From contig JANQNT010000011.1 in the NCBI GenBank assembly GCA_028279445.1, positions 1,826 to 65,825 of the forward strand: 64,000 nt of DNA, in the 5' to 3' direction. Below, piece by piece: positions 19,466 through 28,059 of this stretch (its first letter is position 1; each line of letters opens with the position of its first letter). The notes beneath the pieces were generated by a model, which had not been told where the DNA came from, made no database searches, and was given only the letters and a program-made list of their open reading frames with translations. Made by a program: the position numbers and the translations under genes. Origin of the DNA: Tepidamorphaceae bacterium (lineage in GTDB: Bacteria; Pseudomonadota; Alphaproteobacteria; Rhizobiales; Tepidamorphaceae).

Positions 19466-19660
19466 GGCGGCTTGATCTCCGAGCTGTGGGGGGACGGCCG
19501 ATCGGGCCGACAAGTGTTGTCCGGGCATTTAGCGTTTCGCACCGCCGAACACAATCGGTGTGCGTGGCAGGCGGGCACTTTCGCGCCAGCCAAAGCGCAG
19601 TATGATGTCCTTGTGGGGCGATCGCCTCCGGGAGTTGCCGACCAACCAGGGGAGGTTGCC

Positions 19661-20278
19661 ATGGCCATCCTGGGATCGATGGACCGGATCAAACCGTTGT
19701 CCGAGGGGCAGTTCTTCTGTCCGCGCTGCAACGACCACACCACCTACCGCGCCAGCGAGGTGCGCCGCTGGTTTTCGCTGCTGCGTATGCCTCTGATGCC
19801 GCTGGCGCCGGCGGAAGGTGTCGTGGAGTGCTCCCTGTGTAACGGCACCTACGAGCTCAACGTGCTCGACGCGGAACTCAATGCCGACGAGCAGGCCTTT
19901 CTGGAGAACTTCGAAGTCGCCATCCTCAATGCCATGCTGTTGCTGATGATGTCAGACGGGCACGTGGACGACAGCGAGGTGCAGACGGTCATCGCGGTGC
20001 ATCAGAAGCTGACCGGCAAGACACTGGAGCCCTCCGGCGTCGTTGCCCATGCCGAGCACGCCTCCCGGGCCGGCCACACCCTGACCGACTACATGGAAAG
20101 CCTCGCCGACCACCTCAACGGCGACGGCAAGCGTCTGGTCGTCCGCTCCATGGCGATGGTCGCCAATGCCGACGGGCGCATGGACGATGCCGAGCGCAGG
20201 CTGATGCTCGAATGCGGCCGCATCATCGGCCTGCCAAAGACGGCGACGCTGGAAATCGTCGACGGGCCGCCGGAGTAG
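19661..20278 (+). CDS. Zinc-ribbon plus TerB-like domain protein
   Basis: GGAGG at 19651, ATG 19661. CPRCN...CSLCN zinc ribbon. C-terminal MMSDGHVDDSEVQ...ANADGRMDDAERRLM TerB-type paired motifs. Confidence 0.65.
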   Translation: MAILGSMDRIKPLSEGQFFCPRCNDHTTYRASEVRRWFSLLRMPLMPLAPAEGVVECSLCNGTYELNVLDAELNADEQAFLENFEVAILNAMLLLMMSDGHVDDSEVQTVIAVHQKLTGKTLEPSGVVAHAEHASRAGHTLTDYMESLADHLNGDGKRLVVRSMAMVANADGRMDDAERRLMLECGRIIGLPKTATLEIVDGPPE

Positions 20279-20514
20279 GCGCCGGCGGTCTGCCGTCGCT
20301 GCCCCCCGCGCGAACCAATCTGAACCAATCTCCTTGTGCCGGCTGCCTGTTTCGTCCCACAATCCGCCACCGGTACCACGGGCGGGACCAGCCCAGTACC
20401 CAACAAAAAAGGAGCGGGGACAGGCGGACAGACGTTGTTGCGTACCGATGCCGTCCTAAGTGACTCAGCCATCCGGGCCGCCGGCCCAGTTCATCGTCAA
20501 GGGAGGAGACCCAG

Positions 20515-21546
20515 ATGACCGAACGACGTTCCCTGCTGCGTGGGGCAGCCGCTGCGCTCGTCGGCGCTGCGATGCTGACGAGCGGTATCAGCGCGCCCGC
20601 CAAGGCGCAGGAACAGCAGGATTACCTGCTTGCAACGGCTTCGACCGGCGGCACCTACTATCCCGTCGGCGTGGCCATCGCCACGCTGGTCAAGGTCAAG
20701 CTGCTGCCCAAGCAGAAGATCAACATGTCGGCGATCAACTCCGCCGGGTCCGGCGAGAACGTCAAGCTGATCCGCGAGGACGAGGCGCAGTTCGCCATCC
20801 TGCAGGGCCTGTTCGGCGCCTATGCGGCAACGGGGACGGGGCCGCTTGCCAATGACGGGCCGCAGGAGAACCTGCGCTCCATCACCATGCTGTGGCCGAA
20901 CGTCGAGCACTTCATCGTCAAGAATGAGCACGTCGACACCGGCACCATCGCCGATATGGCCAAGGTGAAGGGCAAGCCGGCGGCGCTCGGCCGTCAGAAT
21001 TCCGGCACCATCGGCTCCAATCGCACCATCATGGCCAATTTCGGCATCAACATCGACGAGGACTACGACCTCGTCTACGCGGGCTATGGCCCTTCGGCGG
21101 ACGCGTTGCAGAACGGTCAGGTGGACGCGATCTCCACGCCGGCTGGCGATCCGGTCGGCGCGGTGACGAAGCTCTACGCGGCCATGGGCGACCAGGTCAC
21201 GCTGCTTGAGTTCTCCGCCGAGCAGGCGGCTCAGGCCAATGGCGACTTCGGCGAGTTGTGGACGCCATACGTCATCAAGGGTGGGACCTATCCCGGCCTC
21301 GACAAGGACGTGAACACCATCGCGCAGCCCAACTTCCTCGCGGTGCGTGACAGCGTGCCGGAGGAGACGGTCTACCTGATCACCAAGACCATCTACGAGA
21401 ATCTCGGCTTCCTGCAGGGCATCCATCGCGCCACCAATGCGATGAGCCTCGACCGGGCCATCGCGGGGCTGCCGGTCAAGCTGCATCCCGGCGCCGTCCG
21501 CTACTACGAAGAGCAGGGGATCAGCATTCCCGATCGCCTGAAGTAG
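20515..21546 (+). CDS. TAXI-family TRAP transporter solute receptor
   Basis: 343 aa. Signal peptide with RR. LLATASTGGTYYPVGVAIATL, SAINSAGSGENVKLI, HPGAVRYYEE. Confidence 0.9.
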   Translation: MTERRSLLRGAAAALVGAAMLTSGISAPAKAQEQQDYLLATASTGGTYYPVGVAIATLVKVKLLPKQKINMSAINSAGSGENVKLIREDEAQFAILQGLFGAYAATGTGPLANDGPQENLRSITMLWPNVEHFIVKNEHVDTGTIADMAKVKGKPAALGRQNSGTIGSNRTIMANFGINIDEDYDLVYAGYGPSADALQNGQVDAISTPAGDPVGAVTKLYAAMGDQVTLLEFSAEQAAQANGDFGELWTPYVIKGGTYPGLDKDVNTIAQPNFLAVRDSVPEETVYLITKTIYENLGFLQGIHRATNAMSLDRAIAGLPVKLHPGAVRYYEEQGISIPDRLK

Positions 21547-21625
21547 CGGCGCAATCGTCCATGACTTGGGGTCGGCGGACGATCCGCCGGCCCGCCTTGC
21601 GGCTCAGGTTCGGGGGCGAGCAGTC

Positions 21626-23806
21626 ATGACCGAGGCGACGCCTCGACCCGGCGAGGTGCCGGAAAACGACAACCGGCGCGACACCACGCTCGCCGATACC
21701 GATGCGTCGGTGCGCGCGTTCACCGGAGTGCTCGGCGCGGTCTTCGTTGCGGCTTGCGTTGCCGTCTCGCTCGTCCACCTCATCGCCAATCTCTATGGCC
21801 CGACGCTGTCGCACTGGCTGACGGGCATCAAGTTCGTCGGCGTGCACTACGCGGGCCTGGCCTTCCTGTGCGCGCTGCGCTTTCCCTTCATGCGCACCCG
21901 CACGCGGGCCGGATACAGGGCGGTGCTCGCCGGCGACATCGCCTTCGGCGCGCTTACGGCCATCTCCACCATTGTGCTGCTGGCGCAGGAAAGCGCGATC
22001 TACGCCCGCGGCGTGCATCTGGCCTGGCACGACTGGGTGCTGGCGGTGTTCGTCATCGTGTCGGCGCTGGAATGCACCCGCCGCGCCACCGGCTGGATCA
22101 TTCCGATCATCGCTGTCGTAGCGCTCACCTACGTGGCCTGGTGGGGCGGGTTGATCGACGGGGTGTTCCGCTTCACCGGCCTGTCGCTTGAGACCATCAC
22201 TTTCCGCTCGGTGTTCTCCGATGAGGGCATGTTCGGGCTGATCGGCAACATCTCCGCCAGCTTCGTCTTCCTGTTCATCCTGTTCGGGGCCTTCCTGGTG
22301 CGCTCCGGGGCGGGGGATTTCATCATCGATCTGGCGCGCGCCATGGCCGGGCGGTTCACCGGCGGACCGGGCTTCGTGGCGGTGATGTCGTCGGGCCTCA
22401 CGGGGACGATCTCCGGCTCGGCGGTCGCCAACACGGTCTCCACCGGGGTCATCACGATTCCCTTAATGAAGCGCTCGGGCTTTCCGGCGCGTTTCGCGGC
22501 CGGCGTCGAAGCGGCCTCCTCGACGGGTGGGCAACTGATGCCGCCGATCATGGGCGCGGGCGCCTTCGTCATGGCGAGCTACACCCAGATCCCCTATCTC
22601 GACATCGTCGCGGTCAGCTTCCTGCCGGCGCTGGTCTACTTCCTGTCGGTGGGCTTCTTCGTGCGCATCCAGGCCAAGAAGCTCGACCTGGTCTCCGACG
22701 ACAACGACCGGCCGCGCGCGCTCGATGTGCTGCGGCGTGGCGGGCCGGCCTTCCTGTTTCCCATCGGCCTGCTGATCGGGCTCTTGATCTACGGTTTCAC
22801 GCCGACCTATGCGGCCGCCTGGTCGATCCTCGCGGTGGTCGTCGCCTCCTGGCTGACGCCCAACCGCATGGGGCCGCGTGCGATCCTGGAGGCGCTGGCG
22901 CTCGGCGCGCGCAACATGATCATGACCGGCGTGCTGCTGATCACCGTCGGCCTCGTCGTCAACGTCATCGCCATGACAGGGGTCGGCAACACCTTTTCGC
23001 TGATGATCGCTGACTGGGCTGGCGGCAACCTGCTCATCGCCATCGCGCTGATCGCGCTCGCCTCGCTGGTGCTGGGCATGGGGCTGCCGGTGACGGCGGC
23101 CTATATCGTGCTGGCCACGCTGTCGGCGCCAGCGCTGCACATCCTGTTGCAGAACAACCTGCTGATCGAGGCAATCGCCAGCGGCGCGGTGCCGGAAGCC
23201 GCCCGCATGACCTTCCTGCTCGCCGATCCGGCCGCCGCCGAGCGGCTTGCCGCGCCGATGAGCCTGGACGAAGCGCGCGCTCTGGTCGCCGCCGCCCCCC
23301 AGGAGGTGCTGTCGCTGGTCTACGGGCAGGTGCTCGACCCGGTGGTGATCACCAGCGCGTTGCTCGCCGCCCACCTGATCATCTTCTGGCTGAGCCAGGA
23401 CTCAAACGTCACCCCGCCGGTCTGCCTGACCGCCTTCGCCGCCGCCGCCATCGCCAAGACGCCACCGATGCGCACCGGCGTCACCTCCTGGAAGCTCGCC
23501 AAGGGCCTCTACCTGATGCCGATCCTGTTCGCCTACACAGCCTTCATCGGCGGTTCGGCGCTGGAGGTGTTCGCCGTCTTCGTGGCGGCTGTGCTCGGCG
23601 TCTATGCGCTCGGAGCGGCCATCGAGGGACACATGGAGGCGCCGCTCAACTGGCCGCTGCGCATCCTTGCCGCCTGCGCGGGCACGGTGTTGATGTGGCC
23701 GGGCCTGCCGTTGTTGTCGATCGGCGGCGGCATCGTGGTCATCGCGCTGCTGGCCTGGAGCATCCGCCGCGACAGGGCGGGACGGGTGGCCGCCGCTACG
23801 GCCTGA
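21626..23806 (+). CDS. TRAP transporter fused permease (TAXI type, 4TM+12TM)
   Basis: About 726 aa polytopic. GGPGFVAVMSSGLTGTISGSAVANTVSTGVITIPLMKRSG, STGGQLMPPIMGAGAF. Follows the TAXI receptor gene. Confidence 0.9.
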   Translation: MTEATPRPGEVPENDNRRDTTLADTDASVRAFTGVLGAVFVAACVAVSLVHLIANLYGPTLSHWLTGIKFVGVHYAGLAFLCALRFPFMRTRTRAGYRAVLAGDIAFGALTAISTIVLLAQESAIYARGVHLAWHDWVLAVFVIVSALECTRRATGWIIPIIAVVALTYVAWWGGLIDGVFRFTGLSLETITFRSVFSDEGMFGLIGNISASFVFLFILFGAFLVRSGAGDFIIDLARAMAGRFTGGPGFVAVMSSGLTGTISGSAVANTVSTGVITIPLMKRSGFPARFAAGVEAASSTGGQLMPPIMGAGAFVMASYTQIPYLDIVAVSFLPALVYFLSVGFFVRIQAKKLDLVSDDNDRPRALDVLRRGGPAFLFPIGLLIGLLIYGFTPTYAAAWSILAVVVASWLTPNRMGPRAILEALALGARNMIMTGVLLITVGLVVNVIAMTGVGNTFSLMIADWAGGNLLIAIALIALASLVLGMGLPVTAAYIVLATLSAPALHILLQNNLLIEAIASGAVPEAARMTFLLADPAAAERLAAPMSLDEARALVAAAPQEVLSLVYGQVLDPVVITSALLAAHLIIFWLSQDSNVTPPVCLTAFAAAAIAKTPPMRTGVTSWKLAKGLYLMPILFAYTAFIGGSALEVFAVFVAAVLGVYALGAAIEGHMEAPLNWPLRILAACAGTVLMWPGLPLLSIGGGIVVIALLAWSIRRDRAGRVAAATA

Positions 23807-23874
23807 ACGGCAAACGGCCCGCCACGTTGCCGTGACGGGCCGATGCACCGGAGGAGTGCATTGGGTGCTGCGGG

Positions 23875-23983
23875 CTAGATCATCCTGCATTTGGGTTGAA
23901 TTACCCAAATGCAGAAAAGATGATCTACATCAAAAGAGTAGAGCAACTTGTCTGCGCCAGTATCGGCGCAGGTTGCTCTAGGC
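23875..23983. mobile_element. MITE-like double-hairpin repeat, copy A
   Basis: About 100-bp core flanked by CTAG (23875-78 and 23978-81). Hairpin 1: ctgcatttgggt / acccaaatgcag, extended by agatcatc / gatgatct. Hairpin 2: tagagcaac..ctgcgcc / ggcgcag..gttgctcta. A near-identical copy is at 53841-53950. Confidence 0.75.
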
Positions 23984-24598
23984 CCTCAACACCACCACGC
24001 GGGCGCCAAGTTTCACCCGGGTGTAGAGATCGGCGACATTTTCGTTCGTCATCCGGATGCAGCCCGACGACATCGCCTGACCGATGGTCCACGGCTCGTT
24101 GGTGCCGTGGATGCGGTATAGCGTGTCGCGGCTGCCCTGGTAGAGGTAAAGCGCGCGTGCGCCGAGCGGGTTCTGCGGGCCGCCTGGCATGCCGCCGCGC
24201 CATTTGGCGAGTTCCGGGCGGCGTCGGATCATGGTCTCCGGTGGCGTCCAGGTCGGCCACTCGGCCTTGCGACGGATGCGGGCGCGACCGGCCCAGCTGA
24301 AGCCCTCGCGACCGACACCGACACCGTAGCGCAGCGCCTTGCCATCCGCCTGTACCAGGTACAGGAAGCGGTTGGCCGGATCGACCACGATGGTGCCGGG
24401 ACGCTCCCGGGTTTCATAGTCGACGACCTGCTTGCGGAACTTGCGCGGCACTCGGCCACGACCGCTTCCGCCGCGGGGCGGATCGACCATGACGGTGACA
24501 CCGCCATGGGGTTTGAACGGAGAGGCGAGGGCCGATGCGCTCAACGATGTGCCCGCCAGCACGGCGCCCAGCCCAGTCAAGAAATGTCGTCTTTGCAT
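23978..24598 (-). CDS. L,D-transpeptidase (YkuD domain) with Tat-type leader
   Basis: ATG 24598 (MQRRHFLTGLGAVLAGTSLSASALA). YkuD motifs YRIHGTNEPWTIGQAMSSGCIRM. The stop codon lies in the CTAG terminus of repeat copy A. Confidence 0.9.
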   Translation of the reverse strand: MQRRHFLTGLGAVLAGTSLSASALASPFKPHGGVTVMVDPPRGGSGRGRVPRKFRKQVVDYETRERPGTIVVDPANRFLYLVQADGKALRYGVGVGREGFSWAGRARIRRKAEWPTWTPPETMIRRRPELAKWRGGMPGGPQNPLGARALYLYQGSRDTLYRIHGTNEPWTIGQAMSSGCIRMTNENVADLYTRVKLGARVVVLRA

Positions 24599-24786
24599 CG
24601 AATTCACTCCGAAACGACCTGCTAGAGCCATTTCCCTTTCGTTGAATCGCTCAACTGGCTCTATGTCATTGTTTTTTCGCAGTTCCGGACGGAAAACCGG
24701 TATCCACTTTCCTGGAACTGCTTTAGCAATCATCTTGCCCATGCAGATTTCGAACGCATCCCGCACGGGCAGGCGGCGCGTCCGTG

Positions 24787-25197
24787 TCAGAGCAGGTGTT
24801 TCGGGGGCTTGGGTTGGCCCGGCTGCGCAAGCCCGAAAGCGATGGCGTTGTCGCCGGTGTGATAGCTCACCGGCGCGCTGATCCTCGGATCGATAAGGTC
24901 GATATTGGCGACCAGATCCATCGAGCCCTGATTGATGCAGGACATGGCGCTGACCACCGCCTGCGGCGCGGGATCGAGGCGTTCGGCCTGGGCTGCCGGC
25001 GCAAAGGCCACCAGTTCGCTGAAGGTCGTTGCCGGAGCCTGCGCCTTGCTCGCCCAGCAGGCGTTGTCACGCTCGGGCGCATCCTGCGCCAGGGTCGCGA
25101 TATCCCCGCCATACATGCCCAACAGCATGCACAACGACAGGACGGCGGTCAGAATCCGCCGCAGCGCGCGCCTGTTTGTGATCGTGTTGCCCCTCAT
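24787..25197 (-). CDS. Hypothetical secreted protein
   Basis: 136 aa. Signal-like RRILTAVLSLCMLLGMYGG. No recognisable motif. Confidence 0.45.
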   Translation of the reverse strand: MRGNTITNRRALRRILTAVLSLCMLLGMYGGDIATLAQDAPERDNACWASKAQAPATTFSELVAFAPAAQAERLDPAPQAVVSAMSCINQGSMDLVANIDLIDPRISAPVSYHTGDNAIAFGLAQPGQPKPPKHLL

Positions 25198-25310
25198 GAA
25201 TCGTTTTTAGCACCACAGGACTCAACGATGTATGACCTCGGCGCCACACTGACAGAAATGTGATGTGCCCGCCGATTCCGGGACTGCTCACATTTCATGC
25301 TGTACAATAG

Positions 25311-25326
25311 ATAAAGATATCTTTAT
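25311..25326. promoter_or_regulatory. Perfect 16-bp palindrome upstream of sahR-metF (candidate operator)
   Basis: ataaagatatctttat is its own reverse complement. It ends 30 bp before GTG 25357, in an AT-rich divergent intergenic region. Confidence 0.5.
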
Positions 25327-25356
25327 ACAGGCATATACATTCTTCGGGAGATATGC

Positions 25357-26463
25357 GTGATCACCTCGGGCATGGATCAGGACACCTTTGACGACGCGTC
25401 GGGCGCAGCCCCGGCTGCCGATCAATCGCTGACCGGTCAGCCGGTCGCAGGCCAATTGGTCGCCGACCGGATCGGGCAGGGGCACTGGTCGGTCGCCTGG
25501 CTCACGCAGGCGCTGAAGGCGGCCGGAGAGGAAACGCGCCTGCGCATCCTGGCGCTGCTGGCTGAGGGCGAGCGCAGCGTCAAGGACCTGACCGACATCC
25601 TTGCCCAGAGCCAGCCGCGCATCAGCCGCCATCTCAAGCTTTTGCTGGAGGCCGGCCTGATCGATCGCCACCGCGAAGGAACCTGGGCGTTCTTCCGGTT
25701 GTCCGACGGGCCGGGTGGAGAGCTGGCGCGCGCGCTTGCAGCGCGGCTGTCCGGTGAGGATGCGACCGTGGTGCGCGATCGCGGCCGGTTGAACACCTTG
25801 CGCCAGGCACAGCGGACCCAGGCGACGGAACACTTCGGGCGGATCGCGGAGAGCTGGGACGAATTGCGTCTGCTGCATGCCGATGACGGTGAAGTGGAAG
25901 CCGCCATTGCCGCGATGTTGCCAGACGACATTGCCTTCCTGGTCGATCTGGGCACCGGCACGGCGCGCATGCTGGAACTCCTGGCCGGCCGCTTCCGCCG
26001 GGCGATCGGCGTCGACCAGTCGCAGGACATGCTGTTTCACGCCCGCGCGCGGCTTGAGGAAGCCGGGCTGACGGCGGCGCAGGTGCGCCGCGGCGACATC
26101 TATGACCCGGGCGTGGAGATCGGCGGTGCCGACGTGGTGATCATGCACCAGGTGCTGCACTTCCTCGACGATCCGGCGGCCGCGGTGAATGCCGCCGGCG
26201 GGCTGCTGGTGCCCGGCGGAGTGCTGATGATCGTCGATTTCGAACCGCATGGACTTGAGCTGCTGCGCAGCGAGCATGCCCATCGCAGGCTCGGTTTTTC
26301 CACCGCGCAGATCACCACCTGGCTCAGCGAGGCAGACCTGTCGCTGGCCGCGACCCGTTCGATTGCCGCCCCCGCCGCCGATGACGGGCGCGAGCAGCTC
26401 AGCGTCGGTGTGTGGCTTGCCGGCAAGGATGCAACGACAGCCAGAGAGGCTGGAGCAGAATGA
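25357..26463 (+). CDS. sahR: ArsR-type HTH fused to a SAM-methyltransferase-like domain (SahR-type regulator of the methionine cycle)
   Basis: N-terminus: ETRLRILALLAEGERSVKDLTDILAQSQPRISRHLKLLLEAGLI. C-terminus: VDLGTGTARMLELLA (SAM motif I), VVIMHQVLHFLDDP. Stop overlaps the metF start (ATGA). Confidence 0.7.
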   Translation: MITSGMDQDTFDDASGAAPAADQSLTGQPVAGQLVADRIGQGHWSVAWLTQALKAAGEETRLRILALLAEGERSVKDLTDILAQSQPRISRHLKLLLEAGLIDRHREGTWAFFRLSDGPGGELARALAARLSGEDATVVRDRGRLNTLRQAQRTQATEHFGRIAESWDELRLLHADDGEVEAAIAAMLPDDIAFLVDLGTGTARMLELLAGRFRRAIGVDQSQDMLFHARARLEEAGLTAAQVRRGDIYDPGVEIGGADVVIMHQVLHFLDDPAAAVNAAGGLLVPGGVLMIVDFEPHGLELLRSEHAHRRLGFSTAQITTWLSEADLSLAATRSIAAPAADDGREQLSVGVWLAGKDATTAREAGAE

Positions 26464-27389
26464 GCGACCTGACCGTCTCCTTCGAGATATTTCCGCCCCG
26501 CAGCCCGACGGCCTGGGACAACCTGCACAAGGCGGTGCGCCGGCTGGAGGCGTATCGGCCAGCCTTCGTGTCGGTCACCTACGGGGCTGGCGGCACGACG
26601 CGCGCGCCCACGCTGGAAGCGGTGAGCTGGCTGGCCGGGGAGACACGGCTTCCGGCGGCTGGACACCTGACCTGCGTTGGCGCTGCGCGCGAGGAGACCG
26701 ATGCCGTGGTGCGCGCCTATCGTCAGGCCGGCGCCCAACAGGTCGTGGCGCTGCGCGGCGATCCACCGGAAGGCGCCGGCGCGCCGTACCGTCCCCATCC
26801 GGAAGGGTATCAGTCGACGGCGGAACTCGTCGCCGCGATTCGCGCCATCCATCCCTTCGAGGTCAGCGTCTCCGCCTATCCGGAGAAACACCCGCAGTCC
26901 CGCGACATGGATGCCGATCTGGATGTGCTGGCTGAGAAGGTCGAGGCCGGGGCATGCCGGGCGATCACCCAGTTCTTCTTCGACAACGAGGATTTCTTCC
27001 GCTACCGCGATCTGGTCGCGGCGCGCGGTATCGATGTCAATCTGGTGCCGGGCATCCTACCCATCGGTTCGTTCCAGCAGTTGACGCGCTTTGCGGAGAA
27101 GTGCGGCGCGCGCATCCCCGAATCGCTGCATCGCTGCTTCGCTGGGCTGGAGGACGAGCCGGAGACGCACCGTCTGGTGGCGGCGGCCGTCGCCGCCGAG
27201 CAGATCGACGATCTGGCATCCAACGGCGTGCGCGAGTTCCATTTCTATACGCTCAATCGGGCCGAACTGACGATCGCCTGCTGCCGCATCCTCGGCCTGA
27301 CACCGAAACCGAAAGCCGACAGGGCACCCGAAAAGAGCGATGCGTCGGGCGCCGACGATTGCGAGGAACGCGCCGGCGCGGCCGCCTGA
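26460..27389 (+). CDS. metF: Methylenetetrahydrofolate reductase
   Basis: MSDLTVSFEIFPPRS, FVSVTYGAGGTTR, HLTCVG, VALRGDPP, AYPEKHPQS, AITQFFFD, FHFYTLNRAE. Confidence 0.93.
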   Translation: MSDLTVSFEIFPPRSPTAWDNLHKAVRRLEAYRPAFVSVTYGAGGTTRAPTLEAVSWLAGETRLPAAGHLTCVGAAREETDAVVRAYRQAGAQQVVALRGDPPEGAGAPYRPHPEGYQSTAELVAAIRAIHPFEVSVSAYPEKHPQSRDMDADLDVLAEKVEAGACRAITQFFFDNEDFFRYRDLVAARGIDVNLVPGILPIGSFQQLTRFAEKCGARIPESLHRCFAGLEDEPETHRLVAAAVAAEQIDDLASNGVREFHFYTLNRAELTIACCRILGLTPKPKADRAPEKSDASGADDCEERAGAAA

Positions 27390-27517
27390 GGCGGGTTTTG
27401 TTTCGCTCACAGCGAATTCGCTATCGCTCCAGTCCGCGACTCGGGTCTCGGGCGTTCGGTCCTACGATTGATCCACCGGACCAATGGTCGAGACGGACCT
27501 CAACCCTTCGTGAGGGT

Positions 27518-27744
27518 GGCTTTTCTTTATTTCGCTCACGCTAGTGCGCTACGCGCACGGCTCCGCGGGGGCGCGCTATTCGCGCGGGCGTCCGGTCGGA
27601 CGCCTGGGTTCGTCCCTTGCACCGAACGAACATTTGGCACCCAGGCACGCGACTGCGTGCCCGGCCGGTCAGGCCGCCCTCGCGGAGGCGGTGAGCGCGG
27701 ACATTGTCCGGGCGAACTCGCCGTGAGCGAAATAAGGAAAGGCC
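27518..27744. repeat. Inverted 21-23-nt repeats bracketing a ~180-nt GC-rich, hairpin-dense segment
   Basis: ggcttttctttatttcgctcacg (27518-27540) versus cgtgagcgaaataaggaaaggcc (27722-27744). A third tttcgctcac is at 27401-27410. The interior contains several 5-7-bp hairpins (cgtccg/cggacg, cctgggt/acccagg, gcacgc/gcgtgc). Confidence 0.5.
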
Positions 27745-27763
27745 GCCCCGAGAGGCGGCCTTT
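27738..27763 (-). terminator. Rho-independent terminator for the minus-strand amidase / small-ORF transcript
   Basis: aaaggccgcc-ccgaga-ggcggccttt. On the minus strand it is followed by CCTTATTT. Confidence 0.65.
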
Positions 27764-27906
27764 GTGGGCTTGCGGACTGCCGGCTTGCGCATCCGGACTT
27801 GTTCCGCCGTAAGCTGTTCCCGGACTTCGCCGGGACGCTGCTCCCCCAAGAGCTGATCCATGTATCCGACGCGGACAGCTCCCGAAACTGGTCTCCCTAC
27901 AAACGA

Positions 27907-27942
27907 TCGACTGGCGAACAGTCATCGACTGGCGAACAGTCG
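27907..27942. repeat. 18-bp tandem duplication (2 units)
   Basis: tcgactggcgaacagtca / tcgactggcgaacagtcg, non-coding. Confidence 0.8.
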
Positions 27943-27975
27943 CTGAAGTTGAACGTGAGTACCGCTGGCTGCCTC

Positions 27976-28059
27976 CTACAGCGCACCCAAGGCGAACGCG
28001 GCGACCACCGCAAATGCGGCAGTCAGGCACATCAGGTTCAATGCTTTGCCTGTTCTCAT
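27976..28059 (-). CDS. Candidate 27-aa hydrophobic peptide
   Basis: GGAGG 8 nt upstream of ATG 28059. MRTGKALNLMCLTAAFAVVAAFALGAL then TAG. Below the ORF-track size cut-off. No homology claim possible. Confidence 0.3.
   Translation of the reverse strand: MRTGKALNLMCLTAAFAVVAAFALGAL

Noticed and set aside
23896-24300. ORFs 23896-24300 and 53887-54075, which share a LEQL-C-...-GAGCSR peptide string.
   Set aside because: The similarity is just the translated repeat element (hairpin 2). The first also overlaps the L,D-transpeptidase gene in antisense.
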